Assembly (NCBI GenBank): GCA_963785225.1
Contig: CAWAUQ010000009.1
Location: forward strand, 115,255 to 179,254
Length of the DNA stretch: 64,000 nucleotides
DNA from: an uncultured delta proteobacterium
Lineage (GTDB): Bacteria > Desulfobacterota > Syntrophorhabdia > Syntrophorhabdales > Syntrophorhabdaceae
Direction: 5' to 3'
Shown one piece after another: positions 51,120 through 63,896 of the stretch; position 1 is the first letter of the stretch; each line of letters begins with the position of its first letter. The position numbers were made by a program, and so were the translations under genes. The notes below the pieces were generated by a model, which searched no databases, was not told the DNA's origin, and saw only the letters and a program-made list of their open reading frames with translations.

Positions 51120-51294
51120 CGCATCGGTTAATAAACCCTCCTGATGAGCATGGGACAAGAGCGCAAGCTCAGGTTCTGATACGCATCGCTGAAAGGGACC
51201 TACATTTTGCTCGGGTCTCACCAAGTAGGTCAAAGGGTTAACCAGTAACCAAATGTCCATATTTCACCACCGTCCCGTCTACCCGCCATCAACG

Positions 51295-52827
<1,533 letters not shown>

Positions 52828-52831
<4 letters not shown>

Positions 52832-53844
52832 GATCTCTCACTCCTGTTGAGGATGCTCACGATGATTTTTTTGATAGTCTCCATCTCACTGGAGTTGCTT
52901 TCTGCAATCATCAAAGTGATTGAAGCAAGCGTATTCCCATCGATTACTGTTGATCCGTCCTTACGATAGAGCATGCCGTTCTTGTTGAGAAAATAGAGAA
53001 AAAGCGCTGCCGCAATCCGTTTGTTACCATCAATGAAGGAGTGGTTCTTCACGATAAGATAGAGGAGCATGGCCGCTTTCTCTTCGATTGACGGATACAG
53101 GTCATTTCCTCCGAAGCTTTGATAAATCTGGCCTATGGAGCTCTTGAAGCTGTCGTCCTTTTCCTTGCCGAACAGCGGAGAATTGAATTCATCCTGTATC
53201 TCTCCTATGATGCCGCGACATTCTTCATAGGAAATAATCTCCGCCTGTATTTTGGTAATGCCCTGTGAATCAAGTCTTTCATTGTCATAGTCGTCCAGAA
53301 TTTTCAAGCCTTTGCTGAAATCGGCAATGATGTTGACGAAAGTCTTTGCCTGATCCAGTTGCTTCGCCTGATGCGCCACGGTGCGTTCCAGCAGTTCGAT
53401 GCCGGCCTTCAGTGTCTGGAGTTCTTTTTCGCGCTCTGACAACCGTTTCTCATTGAGAGCATAACCCTTTACTAAGTATTGCTTCAGGACACTGTTTGCC
53501 CAGATGCGAAACTGTGTACCACGTTTCGAGTTCACGCGGTAGCCCACCGAGAGAACGGCATCGAGATTATACAAAAGCACCTTACGACGAACCTGTCTGG
53601 TACCCTCCTTTTGAACTACCGAGGAATCCTCGGTAGTTGCCGACTCATCCAATTCGCCTTCTTTATATATATTGTGAAGGTGCAGACCTATTGTATCGCT
53701 GTCTTTGTCGAAGAGTATCGATATTTGTTTCCGGCTCAGCCAAAGGCTTTCCCGCTCAAGCCGGATGCTCAGTTCAACCTTGCCATCCGGCGCCTGGTAG
53801 AGAACGATTTCCTCTTGCGGTTCCTCTATTTTTCGGTCCGTCAT
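52828..53844 (-). CDS. RhuM-family N-terminal domain fused to Fic/Doc domain protein
   Basis: 338 aa, intact. RhuM-like region LLYNLDAVLSVGYRVNSKRGTQFRIWANSVLKQYLVKGYALNEKRL. C-terminal Fic/Doc motif HSFIDGNKRIAAALFLYFL (HxFxDGNKR, Doc-type). Confidence 0.8.
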
Positions 53845-53866
53845 CTTCCTGTTTTACTCCTTATAA

Positions 53867-55342
53867 TTATACCTTTTTTGTCTTTTTTACCAGCTTCAGA
53901 GGCGGGTTTACCTTCTTATTCCTTTCTCTATCTGCCTTGATGCGTTCCAATAGTACGCTTGCCGGTTCGTCGTTGGGGTCTTGCGGGACAAGCTTGCCTT
54001 CAAAGGCTTTCTTTAAAATGCTTTGCCGCAGGGATTCGGCCTGTTTGAGGCTCTGCTCGATGCTCTCTTCAATTTTATCGCAGACGGAAAGGCGGGATTC
54101 GATTTCGGCGACGATGGCGTTGTTGTTCCTGCGAAGAGGCGGCATAGGAAAATTGGAAGTTATTTACATATTTCAAGGCTTAAGACTAGCCATAGTTGTT
54201 TCTGCGGCTTTTGTCAAATATTTTTTTACTAATTTGTCCTCTTAATCATTGCGATAGACAATAAAGCCAACAACATTTGATTTCGGACTATATATACACT
54301 TCCTCGTACCACAGAACCAACCAGTATCTTGTTTACATTATGCCATTCTTCCACATTTGCTGCCACTTGCAAATATCCATAATTATATCGCCTTCATTGA
54401 GAATGATAAAATCACCTTGGCAGAACTCTATCTTTCTTATTCATTCTGAAATTTGACATAAGGTGCATCCGATACAATTGTATTTTACATCCTTCAAAAT
54501 GCATTAGCGTATAATTAGTGCCTAAATCCAACACAGTGATTCTGATAGATTCACTTTTTTTGTAGTATTTTTACCGAAGGGTCCTCTTTGATCTACTTTT
54601 TTCGGAAACCTCAAATAAATCATTACTTTTCATCCCATTTCCATCCTGTGGGCAATTCACCTTCTTTCACGTTTTTATTTGTCAGTTTCCCTTCGAATGC
54701 CCATTTCAGGACGGCCTGGCGATAGATTTTGAGTTGTTGCTGCGCGGTTTTAAGGCTTTCGATGCCTTTATCCAAACTACTGAACAGTTCTTCTATTTTG
54801 GCAACAATGCGGTGTTGTTCGGGAAGGGGGGGAGAGGAAATTGAGTTATTCTAGATTTAGCATAATGATAACTCTTCTGTAGCTAGCTACCATTTTATTT
54901 GCTTTCAATTTCAAAAGAATTGTGAAGATTTGACATGAATATAAAATAAATATTTTGAATGGATTAAATTAACTTTAGTCCAAGTTTGCTACACAATTAT
55001 AGTACAATTGATTGAAGATTTTAATTGAACAAGTACAACTTTACCAATTGATCCATTGTTTGTCAACAAAATCATCAATTCCTAACGGATTAGCAAGTCA
55101 TTTCGTTTTAATAAATCATCATAATCTTATCTTTAGATATGTCTAACTGATTTGAGAATCAATCTATCTCAAGTTTGAGGTCTTGTTTACTGTCATATAC
55201 GCCAACTCCTGTATCAATATACTCGGATGGTTTAAATGTGATCCATCAGTTATCTTATCGCACACATTTAATCAGCTTTACAGTGTCCAACTTTTCGGTA
55301 ATTCTCTATTTTTGACTACATTCTATGCCGCCAATGCTTCAT
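53867..55342 (-). pseudogene. hsdS: type I R-M specificity subunit HsdS; conserved regions intact, both TRDs disrupted
   Basis: An ATG at 55342 abuts the hsdR stop. TRD1 (about 54842..55330) is readable only by hopping frames (ELPKSW, CDKITDGSH, KPSEYIDTGVGVY, DYDDLLKRNDLLI, LLTNNGSIGKVVLV). The central conserved region is open over 54625..54841 (SSPPLPEQHRIVAKIEELFSSLDKGIESLKTAQQQLKIYRQAVLKWAFEGKLT). TRD2 (about 54146..54620) contains stops and shifts. The C-terminal conserved region is ORF 53867..54145 (PPLRRNNNAIVAEIE...ILKKAFEGKLV). Confidence 0.7.
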
Positions 55343-58091
55343 TCAGTTCGTTGATAATATTTTCCGTCTCACTCCGAAGAGCTGCCACATCTTGCCTTTG
55401 CCGCCTTGGGCGTCAAAGGGCGTGTAGTCCAGATCATCGACACTGAGCGATACCGACGCGGCGATATGGTCCTTGATCATCCTCAGCCACTGCATCTGCT
55501 CCTCGGTAAATTTCAGGGTCCCTGCCTGTTTTTTAAAGACCCAATTCTGAAAATTCCTATCAACTGTCTTGTCATAGGAAGTAAGCGTGGCGTCAATACC
55601 CGCAACCTTGCGTATCAATGATACCAGCGCCACGAGTTCATTCTTCGGCTGTCCGCTTACACTCTCCAACAGTTCATAGGCGCGCCAGACGCTTAAAGGC
55701 GCAAGCGTGGGCTTGTCGGCAACGATGGCATCCACCAGTTCCCGGATCATGGCATAGGTCAGTTCTCTTCTTCGGTAAGGCTGGCTGTAAAAGATTTGCA
55801 GGGCGGTAATTTCATCTTTATGTTTTACGATCCATTCGGAAAATGTTTTTACCGTTTCCCGTGCTTTTTCTTTATTGTCTTTGTCCCACCCCGCTGTAAT
55901 CACCTTGTCCGGATTGACGATATCGATGATCTGCTCATGTATCTTGCGGACATTTTCAATGTAGTCGTTCAGTTCGCCGTTAAAGGTGCTTGCCGCCGCG
56001 TTTTGCAGGGTTTCGCTGAGTTTCTTGACTCTTTTTTCTTTTTCTGCCGGCGGCGCGCCGGGATTCTCCTTCTCCACTTTCAGGCGAATGTCTTCAAGCG
56101 TATCGGGGTTGTAGGCGTTGAGCAGTTCCCTGACGACCTGCGGGATGGTCTTTTCTGCTTTTTTGGTAAAGGTTGTCTTTTCTTTTTCGGTGAGCTGTTT
56201 TTCAAGACGTGTCAAGCGATTGGCCAGAGAGGTGAACAGATCTTCACCCCTTGCGCCCACAGTAATGGCAGAGAGCAAATCCTTGAGCGGCACACCGGGT
56301 TTTTTCTCCAGCGGGCGGCTGTCGGTCTTCAGGCTCCTGGTGACGCCGATGGCATCGACGATCACATAATGGTCCTTGGTATATCTGGCGGCAGGCGTAA
56401 CCCTTCTGAGATCATCGAGGCTGATAGTGCGGGTGCCCCTGCCCTTCATCTGTTCAAAGTAGTTGCGGCTTTTCACGTCCCGCATGAAGAACAGGCATTC
56501 CAGCGGTTTCACGTCGGTGCCGGTGGCAATCATATCGACGGTGACGGCAATGCGCGGGTTATATAAATTGCGAAACTGCGCCAGCGTGCTTTTCGGGTCA
56601 TCGCTGTTATAGGTGATCTTTTTACAGAACTGGTTTCCTTCACCAAATTCTTCCCGCACGATCTGGATAATGTCATCGGCATGGCTGTCCGTCTTAGCGA
56701 ATATCAAGGTTTTGGGTACTTCAAATTCGCCTTTTTCACTAACGCGGTCAGGGAACATCTCCGGCAGATGCTCTTTGAAGGTGCGGATGATAGTGCGAAT
56801 CTGGCTGGGGTTGACCACATTGTCATCAAGCTGCTTTTCGGAATAGACCACATCCTCATCCACCTGTGCCCAGCGTTTCTTGCGGCTCAATTTTTCCCGA
56901 TGATCTACATACTGGCCTTTCCAGATGGCGCTGCCTTTCTTTGGTGATCTGCGTTTCAATGATATATACGTCGCTGCCCACATTGACACCATCGGTAACG
57001 GCTTCTTCGTGGGTGTATTCGCTGACAACGTTCTGATTGAAAAAACCGAAGGTGCGGTTGTCAGGCGTGGCGGTGAGACCGATCAAAAAGGCGTCAAAAT
57101 AGTCCAGCACCTGTTTCCAGAGGTTATAGATGCTGCGGTGACACTCGTCGATGACTACAAAGTCAAAGAACTCAACGGGAAGTTTTTCATTGTAAACAAC
57201 AGGCATCGGGGCCATTGGCTGCCATTTCTCATTCGGGTTTTCGTCTTCTGCATGTTCGTCTAATTCAGTACCTTTCAGGATTGAGTAGAGCCGTTGTATG
57301 GTGCTTATATAGACCTGATTATCAGTGGGAACAAAACTTGATTGCAGGCGATGGACACCATACAATTCTGTAAATTTCCGGTTATCATCATTGGGCATAT
57401 AGGCCATCAATTCCTGTTCTGCCTGCTCGCCCAGGTTCCTCGTATCAACGAGAAAGAGCACCCTTTTTGCTTTGGCAAACTTTAACAAGCGGTATATGAA
57501 GGTAATTGCCGTGTATGTTTTTCCTGCACCCGTTGCCATTTGAATGAGGGCCTTCGGGTGGTTCATACGGAATGAATTTTCCAGATTATTAATGGCAACA
57601 ATCTGGCAGGTACGCAGACCATCTGTGGGCAATCCCGGTATATCAAATATTCTTTGACGCAGGGACTTGACCTTTTTCAGCCGCTCCTGAAAGGTTTCCG
57701 GCCGGTGAAATGTAAATGCAGGTTGTGAACGGGGCTTCGGGTCACGGTAATCCGTAAAACGGGTTACTTCTCCCGTACTCTCGTACACAAAAGGCAAGGG
57801 GTCGTTATCCAGGTACTTGAGTTTACTATCAGCGTACCCTTTCGATTGTTCCTCAACCTGCAGTAATTGAAACCCCTTATCTTCCGCTTTTGCCTCAATG
57901 ACCCCCACAGGTTTCCCGTCAACAAACAGGGCATAGTCGAGTTCTTTCCCTTCCTGTGTGTTGTACTTCCGGACAGCCACGCCGAGACCGGCATTCAGAT
58001 TAATCTGCTTCTTATCCTGAATAATCCAACCGCAATCAATCAGTTGCTTATCAATATTGTCTCGCGCTCTCTGTTCCGGGTCCTGGTTCAT
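55343..58091 (-). pseudogene. hsdR: type I restriction endonuclease subunit HsdR, one frame break near 56945
   Basis: ORF 56856..58091 carries the N-terminal nuclease-like region plus helicase motif I (MATGAGKTYTA) and DECH (VIDECHRS). ORF 55343..57028 carries the helicase C-terminal half (TGTDVKPLECLFFMR...QMKGRGTR). The junction repairs as ...IIETQITK/KGSAIWKGQ by removing one G. Confidence 0.85.
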
Positions 58092-58340
58092 GCAATCCTT
58101 TTAGCTTTGTTACTCAGTGTTCACTATACCATACATTTCCGGGATAAGCCTCGCGCTATCACTTATTGTACTAATCATTTTCTCATTGCAAAGAATGGAT
58201 TATCTAATGCTATCAAACACAAAGAGGGAATGCAAGCGCTTTAATGCGATGAGATAACAACAGTAGAGCCGGTATGTGCAACAATTCAGTCTTCAAAAAA
58301 CAAAAGGTGCCATTTCTCCGTTGCGGTATTATAGTATGGT

Positions 58341-58913
58341 ATGGTCAATACATTCCTCCTTGCCTTTATCCCTCTCTTTGTGGCATTTGATGTCCTGAGC
58401 ATCCTGCCTATCTACATCAAGTTCACTTCCAACCTTGATAGCAAAACAAAGAACAGGCAGCTCAGAGATTCCCTGTTAACCTCATTTTTAACTGCCCTGA
58501 TTTTCGTGATTGTCGGGAATCGAGTCATGATGTACCTTGGAATATCGATGAAAGACTTCCTCATTGCCGGTGGGATTGTCATTTTTATCACCGCAATCAA
58601 GGAGATCATAAGTGGCGCCTCTGAACCGGACATAGCGAATGATATGTTTGGAGTCGTTCCCCTCGGAATTCCCCTTCTTGCCGGACCGGCGGTACTGGCC
58701 ACTTCAGTGATTATATGGAATGTGTACGAATACTACTATTTTCTGATTTCCCTTGTACTCAATATCATTATTTGCGGGATTATTTTGAAATTCTCAGATA
58801 TTATCTATAAAATACTCGGCAAACGGATCGTAGGCGCTCTATCAAAAGTCTTCAGCCTCATCATCGCAAGCATAGCTATTATGTTTATCAGAAAGGGCCT
58901 GCAGGGGTTCTGA
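58341..58913 (+). CDS. marC: MarC family (UPF0056) integral membrane protein
   Basis: 190 aa, 6 TM, with the typical FIPLFVAFDVLSILPIY start and a GPA...S pattern. Confidence 0.75.
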   Translation: MVNTFLLAFIPLFVAFDVLSILPIYIKFTSNLDSKTKNRQLRDSLLTSFLTALIFVIVGNRVMMYLGISMKDFLIAGGIVIFITAIKEIISGASEPDIANDMFGVVPLGIPLLAGPAVLATSVIIWNVYEYYYFLISLVLNIIICGIILKFSDIIYKILGKRIVGALSKVFSLIIASIAIMFIRKGLQGF

Positions 58914-58939
58914 TTACGCAAGTCCCTCTTTCGGATGAA

Positions 58940-60761
58940 TTATGCTGCGGCGTTTTTTGCCCTTTTACGGTCAGTGCCGTCAAGGATCATCTTGCGGAGC
59001 CTTATTGATTCAGGTGTTATCTCTACGAGCTCATCGTCATTGATATATGAGATACATTCTTCGAGGGTCATCTTTACATGGGGGGTCAGCACCACTGCAT
59101 CGTCAGAGCCTGAAGCCCTCATGTTGGTCAGTTTTTTTCCTTTTGCAGGATTTACGATAATATCGGCTTCCCTGTAGTGCTCTCCGATAATCTGGCCCTG
59201 CATAGACCCTTTCGCCGGGTCCGAGAAAGAGGTTTCCCCTCTCCTGGAGGTTAAAAAGGGCATAGGCCACGGTAGTACACTGTTCCATGGCAATGAGAAC
59301 ACCTCTTGCTTCTGTTCTTGATCTCGCCGGCATATTCATCAAAGCTGAGAAATACATAGTTCATGACACCCATGCCGCGCGTTTCCGTGAGGAATTCGGA
59401 CCGAAACCCAAGGAGTCCCCTGGTGGGTATCTTGTATTTGAGTCTGGCCATTCCGTTTTCCTGATGCATTTCGAGTCAGGATACCTTTTCTGCCGCCCAG
59501 GTTTTCAATGACTCTGCCCATATAGTTCTCATCAACATCGACCGTCAGTTCTTCATAAGGTTCGAGCCTTCTACCGTCCTTCTTCCCTGAAGATTACCTG
59601 TGGTCTCGTAACCTGGAATTCATATCCTTCACGCCTCATCTTTTCAATGAGGATGGAGAGATGGAGTTCGCCCCTGCCTGATACTTTGTATCCCTGTATA
59701 TCCTCGCATTCCTCGACAACAAGGGCGACATCAGAGAGGGTTTCCTTGAAAAGCCTGTCACGCAAATGCCTGGAGGTAACAAAACGGCCTTCCTTCCCGT
59801 AAAAGGGTGAATCATTGGGCACGAAGTTCATGGATACCGTCGGCGGGTCCACTTCGATACCTTCAAGGGGTATCGGGTTCAAGGGATCGGTCAGGGTCTC
59901 GCCGATAGTAATCGACTCCATGCCGGCAACAGCCACTATTTCACCCACACCTGCCTGTTCCGTCTCGACCTTTTCAGTCCCTTTGAAGCGATAGATCTTC
60001 GTTATCCGTGCCGGCCGCATTGCGGTGCCGGGCGTCGCAACAACGACTTCTTTATCGATATGAAGTCTTCCGGAGGTAATCTTGCCTATGGCAAGCCTGC
60101 CCAGGAAAGTGGAGTAGGCAGAGCGAGCTGACGAGCATCTGGAGCGGTCCTTCCGGATCTCCCACAGGCGCCGGAATAGCACTCAATGATCATATCGAAG
60201 AGAGGGATCATAGTTCCCTTTCTCGCCTTATGATCAAGGGTCGCGTAGCCATCCTTCGCAGAGGCAAAAATGACAGGAAAATCAAGAATATGATTCGGAG
60301 CGCCGAGTTTCACGAAGAGGTCGAAGACTTCATCCACCACCCAGTCGCATCTGGCTGCCGGTTTATCGATCTTGTTTACCACCACGATCACGGGCAGATC
60401 TAGGGCAAGGGCCTTTTTCAGGACAAAATATGTCTGGGGCATGGGCCCTTCAGCGGCATCAACAAGGAGAAGGACGCCATCGGCCATTTTCAGTACCCTT
60501 TCAACCTGTCCGCCGAAATCGGCATGGCCAGGAGTATCGATGATATTGATAAGGTGATCTTTATAGAGAAAGGAGCCATTCTTGGAGGCAATAGTAATAC
60601 CCCGCTCCCTCTCGAGATCCATTGAATCCATGAGTCGTCTCTTCCACTACCTGATTATCCCTGAAAACCCCGCTTTGTCTGAACAACTGGTCAACAAGAG
60701 TGGTCTTGCCATGATCGACGTGTGCAATAATTGCGATATTCCGTATTCTGTTTTGTTCCAT
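58940..60761 (-). pseudogene. typA: translational GTPase TypA/BipA, at least 7 frame breaks
   Basis: N-terminus [21 protein letters not shown] (ORF 60561..60761), then [14 protein letters not shown]...[10 protein letters not shown]...NKIDK (60086..60631). Next comes [20 protein letters not shown], readable only in a third frame. It continues [14 protein letters not shown]... (59571..60182). Four more fragments follow (59339..59521, 59251..59469, 59103..59357, 58940..59302) down to the C-terminus DELVEITPESIRLRK. Confidence 0.85.
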
Positions 60762-61129
60762 ACTCCCTCTTAAAGTGTTCCGATGTTACAGCGGATAGGA
60801 TAACAGCTTGTACAGTATACACGAAAAGAGGTTTTTTCGCAAGCAGGTTCTCGTAAAACGAAACGCCCTTGTGAGCAACACAGTGACATCGAGATGACAA
60901 CCTCTGATGTACTCCGACAAAAAATATACTTTCATACACTGTGACCAATATCATTTGATACAGAATATAAATGTGCAAAAATGTATTTATGAACAAGGCA
61001 CGAGGCAAACTAATCGAAGGATTAGCGCGTAAAGCCGGTAGATTAAGTATTTCCGATAGATAGCGATTATTTATTCATGATCTGCTTTCTGTCGGTGATA
61101 ATAATAACAAATAACCTGGACGGGTAATT

Positions 61130-62596
61130 ATGATGAATTCACTCGAATCACACGCTCCGGAACGTTACATCCGGGAAATCTCCGACCTCATGGCGCCGGT
61201 CACGGTAACCATTGACGACACTATCGAGCTTACCAACTGCAATCTCCTTTACAATACCAAGAACGGCAAGGAATTACTTGTCAGAACAAAACCCGGCAAA
61301 TACCCCGAAACCGGTGAAGTCTGTATCACATGCGCCCATTCAAAGGCATTATGCATATTTAAGAGCAACATCATCGGCAGCAAAGAAATCGATCCCCAAT
61401 ATGCCTATTTGCAGATCAGCATTCCGGAAGAAATAGCCCGGGAAGAAAGGCGGAAGTTCTTAAGAGTAAGACCTACCCGGACAAACCCTATCCACGTACA
61501 GTTTGCATCGGTTGATAAACGGGTCATCACCGTTGAGGCCATGGATATCAGCGGGGGTGGTATTGCCTTTGTCCTTCCCGGTAATCTTGCCAAATTCAAG
61601 ACAGGAAATTCATTCCCCATTGTTATCACGCTCCCCATGTTCGGCGAAGTCCAGACCTGGGTAACAGTTCAGAGTATGGCCCGTCAATTGAACATGGTAC
61701 GCGTCGGCATGGTCTTTTCTATCATGTCTGAGCAGGCCCACTTCCTGGTCATGTCCTATGTGACAATGAGAGGACAGGAAATAGCGCAAGAGCCACTCAA
61801 CAAAAAACCTGTGTCACGCGTCGGCAGGGCAAAGATCTGCATCATCGAAAAAGAACATCATCAGGAAGAATACACTTCTCTCGAAGATATCTTCGATGTT
61901 GTCAAAACAAGTTTTTCCAGCGCTCTTTCTGCATTAATAGCACACAAGCCGGAACTTATTATCGTAAGCGATAATTCTCCTGAAGCTTTTCAAGCCCTTG
62001 AGGACATAAAAACACACCGGACCCTCAAGAAGATCCCCCTCATCGTATTAACGGAAAAAGAAAAAACCCAGGCTTTAACACGGAAACATGCTACTATTGT
62101 GAACACACCGTATAGTGACAGATTTCTTATCCAAACATCAGAAAACCTCGTAGAACAATACCGGCATTCCAGGAACATAACAATAAAGTTGCTCAAAACC
62201 ACGTCCGGAAAGGGAAATAAAATACTTATTGTTGACCGGTTTCATAATTTCAGTAACAACAATATCAAGGCTTTGACCGATTATGGCTTCGAAGTAAGCG
62301 TCAGCAGAAAAGAAGATGCCGTGCTGACAAAAACCGAACAAATGCACCCCGACATCATTCTCTTCGATGAAGAAATGGAAAACACCAATCCCATATCATT
62401 GTGCCAGTCAATCAACATGAACAAAACAATAAACACCATACCCAAGATCATTGTTACATCAAGCCAGAAAACGTTTAACAAGTTCTACTCGCATGGGTTT
62501 TTTGCAGGCTTTATCACCAAACCGGTCAACCTGGAACAATTAATCTCCAAGGTATTTGAAGTAATTCCCGTCAAGACCGGCCAATCGGCAGTCTGA
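61130..62596 (+). CDS. PilZ-domain protein with two C-terminal receiver-like domains
   Basis: 488 aa. YcgR-like N-terminal part, PilZ motifs EERRKFLRVRP (RxxxR) and DISGGGIAF (DxSxxG). Then a degenerate REC (IIEKE.., no conserved Lys), followed by a REC with D, D, T/S and K positions plausible (ILIVDR, ILFDEEM, IVTSS, FITKP). Confidence 0.7.
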   Translation: MMNSLESHAPERYIREISDLMAPVTVTIDDTIELTNCNLLYNTKNGKELLVRTKPGKYPETGEVCITCAHSKALCIFKSNIIGSKEIDPQYAYLQISIPEEIAREERRKFLRVRPTRTNPIHVQFASVDKRVITVEAMDISGGGIAFVLPGNLAKFKTGNSFPIVITLPMFGEVQTWVTVQSMARQLNMVRVGMVFSIMSEQAHFLVMSYVTMRGQEIAQEPLNKKPVSRVGRAKICIIEKEHHQEEYTSLEDIFDVVKTSFSSALSALIAHKPELIIVSDNSPEAFQALEDIKTHRTLKKIPLIVLTEKEKTQALTRKHATIVNTPYSDRFLIQTSENLVEQYRHSRNITIKLLKTTSGKGNKILIVDRFHNFSNNNIKALTDYGFEVSVSRKEDAVLTKTEQMHPDIILFDEEMENTNPISLCQSINMNKTINTIPKIIVTSSQKTFNKFYSHGFFAGFITKPVNLEQLISKVFEVIPVKTGQSAV

Positions 62597-62774
62597 AATT
62601 ACGGGAATTCGTATAATCTTTTTTGAAGTGATACGCTTATTCTTCTTTAATATATTTCAATATCAATCATGAATCTGATAATACTATTTGGTAAATTGTT
62701 TGCAATCTCTCTTGTCCTGTGTTGACATCAGTGCATTGAAATAGTATCGTAAAAAAAATACTTGGGGGTGCATA

Positions 62775-63887
62775 GTGGGAATGAATAATACCATTTTTAT
62801 GGAAGTCATTGAGTGGTTTGATGATACCGGAAAAGAGATCGCCCACAGGATACCCGGAGAAGGGTCAGGCGAGATCAAATACGGCGCTCAACTCACTGTG
62901 CGTGAAAGCCAGTCGGCAGTATTTTTCTACGAGGGGAAAGCTTACGACGCCGTTGGGGCAGGAAGATATACTCTGTCAACACTCAACATCCCTGTCATCA
63001 CGAAAGTCCTGAGCCTTCCCTGGGGGTTTACCAGCCCACTCCGGGCTGAAGTCTATTTTGTAAACATGAAGACATTTCCCAACCTTACCTGGGGAACAAG
63101 GGACCCTGTCGCCTTTAAAGATTCACAATTAGGCCTCATTCGCTTGAGGGCCCATGGCATATTCAATATCAGGGTTATACAGCCGACACTTTTTATCAAC
63201 ACGATTGTCGGCACACAAAATGTTTTCACTGTTTCAGATATCGAGGATTATCTCGGTCAGGTCATCGTATCACGCTTCAATGACTATCTCGGTGAAAAAC
63301 TGGATACCGTTTTCAACCTGCCGGGACAATACGATGCCATATCGGAAGGTCTCATCAAAACACTTGAAGCAGACTTCTCACGTTTCGGTATAATGCTCTC
63401 CAATCTCTACATTAATTCCATTACCCCTCCTCAGGAAGTCCAAAAAGCCATTGACGACAAAAGCAAGATCGCGCTCTTTGATGACCTCAATAAACTTCTG
63501 AAAATGAAAGCGGCCATGGCCCTCGAAAATGCATCGCAAAATCCAGGACAGGCCGGGGCAGGACTCGGTATGGGACTCGGGTTTATGATGCCTTCTCTCT
63601 ATTCGGAAATTACACAGAACACTCCTCACGGAGGAGAACACCTGCAATGCCCTGATTGCCGGAATGCGATTGCTGCTGATGCAAAATTCTGTCCCGCCTG
63701 CGGCCACCAGCTCCTTGTCTACCAGCAGTGCGCAAGGTGCGGGAAAAATACCCCACCCCACGCAAAGTTCTGTCCGGCCTGCGGTGAGACCTTGATAAAC
63801 AGGCAATTACCCGTAACATGCCCCCATTGTAGGACAGAGAACCTGCCAAATGCGAACTATTGCAACCACTGCGGGGAAAAGATTTAA
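62775..63887 (+). CDS. SPFH/band-7 domain protein (YdjI/COG4260-like) with three C-terminal zinc ribbons
   Basis: 370 aa. N-terminus FMEVIEWFDDTGKEIAHRIP...LTVRESQSAVFF. C-terminus has three CxxC-N10-12-CxxC units (CPDC..CPAC, CARC..CPAC, CPHC..CNHC). Confidence 0.75.
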   Translation: MGMNNTIFMEVIEWFDDTGKEIAHRIPGEGSGEIKYGAQLTVRESQSAVFFYEGKAYDAVGAGRYTLSTLNIPVITKVLSLPWGFTSPLRAEVYFVNMKTFPNLTWGTRDPVAFKDSQLGLIRLRAHGIFNIRVIQPTLFINTIVGTQNVFTVSDIEDYLGQVIVSRFNDYLGEKLDTVFNLPGQYDAISEGLIKTLEADFSRFGIMLSNLYINSITPPQEVQKAIDDKSKIALFDDLNKLLKMKAAMALENASQNPGQAGAGLGMGLGFMMPSLYSEITQNTPHGGEHLQCPDCRNAIAADAKFCPACGHQLLVYQQCARCGKNTPPHAKFCPACGETLINRQLPVTCPHCRTENLPNANYCNHCGEKI

Positions 63888-63896
63888 GCGGCTGCC

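Noticed and set aside
53867-55342. In-frame stop codons in hsdS as evidence for stop-codon recoding or an alternative genetic code
   Set aside because: All neighbouring genes terminate and read normally with the standard code. The TRDs also require frame hopping, so the stops are best explained by indels or decay, or by errors, not by recoding.
55796-56566. 256-aa plus-strand ORF
   Set aside because: It lies entirely antisense to the helicase half of hsdR. It is low-complexity and Phe/Gly-rich with no recognisable motif. It is a typical shadow ORF of a long gene.
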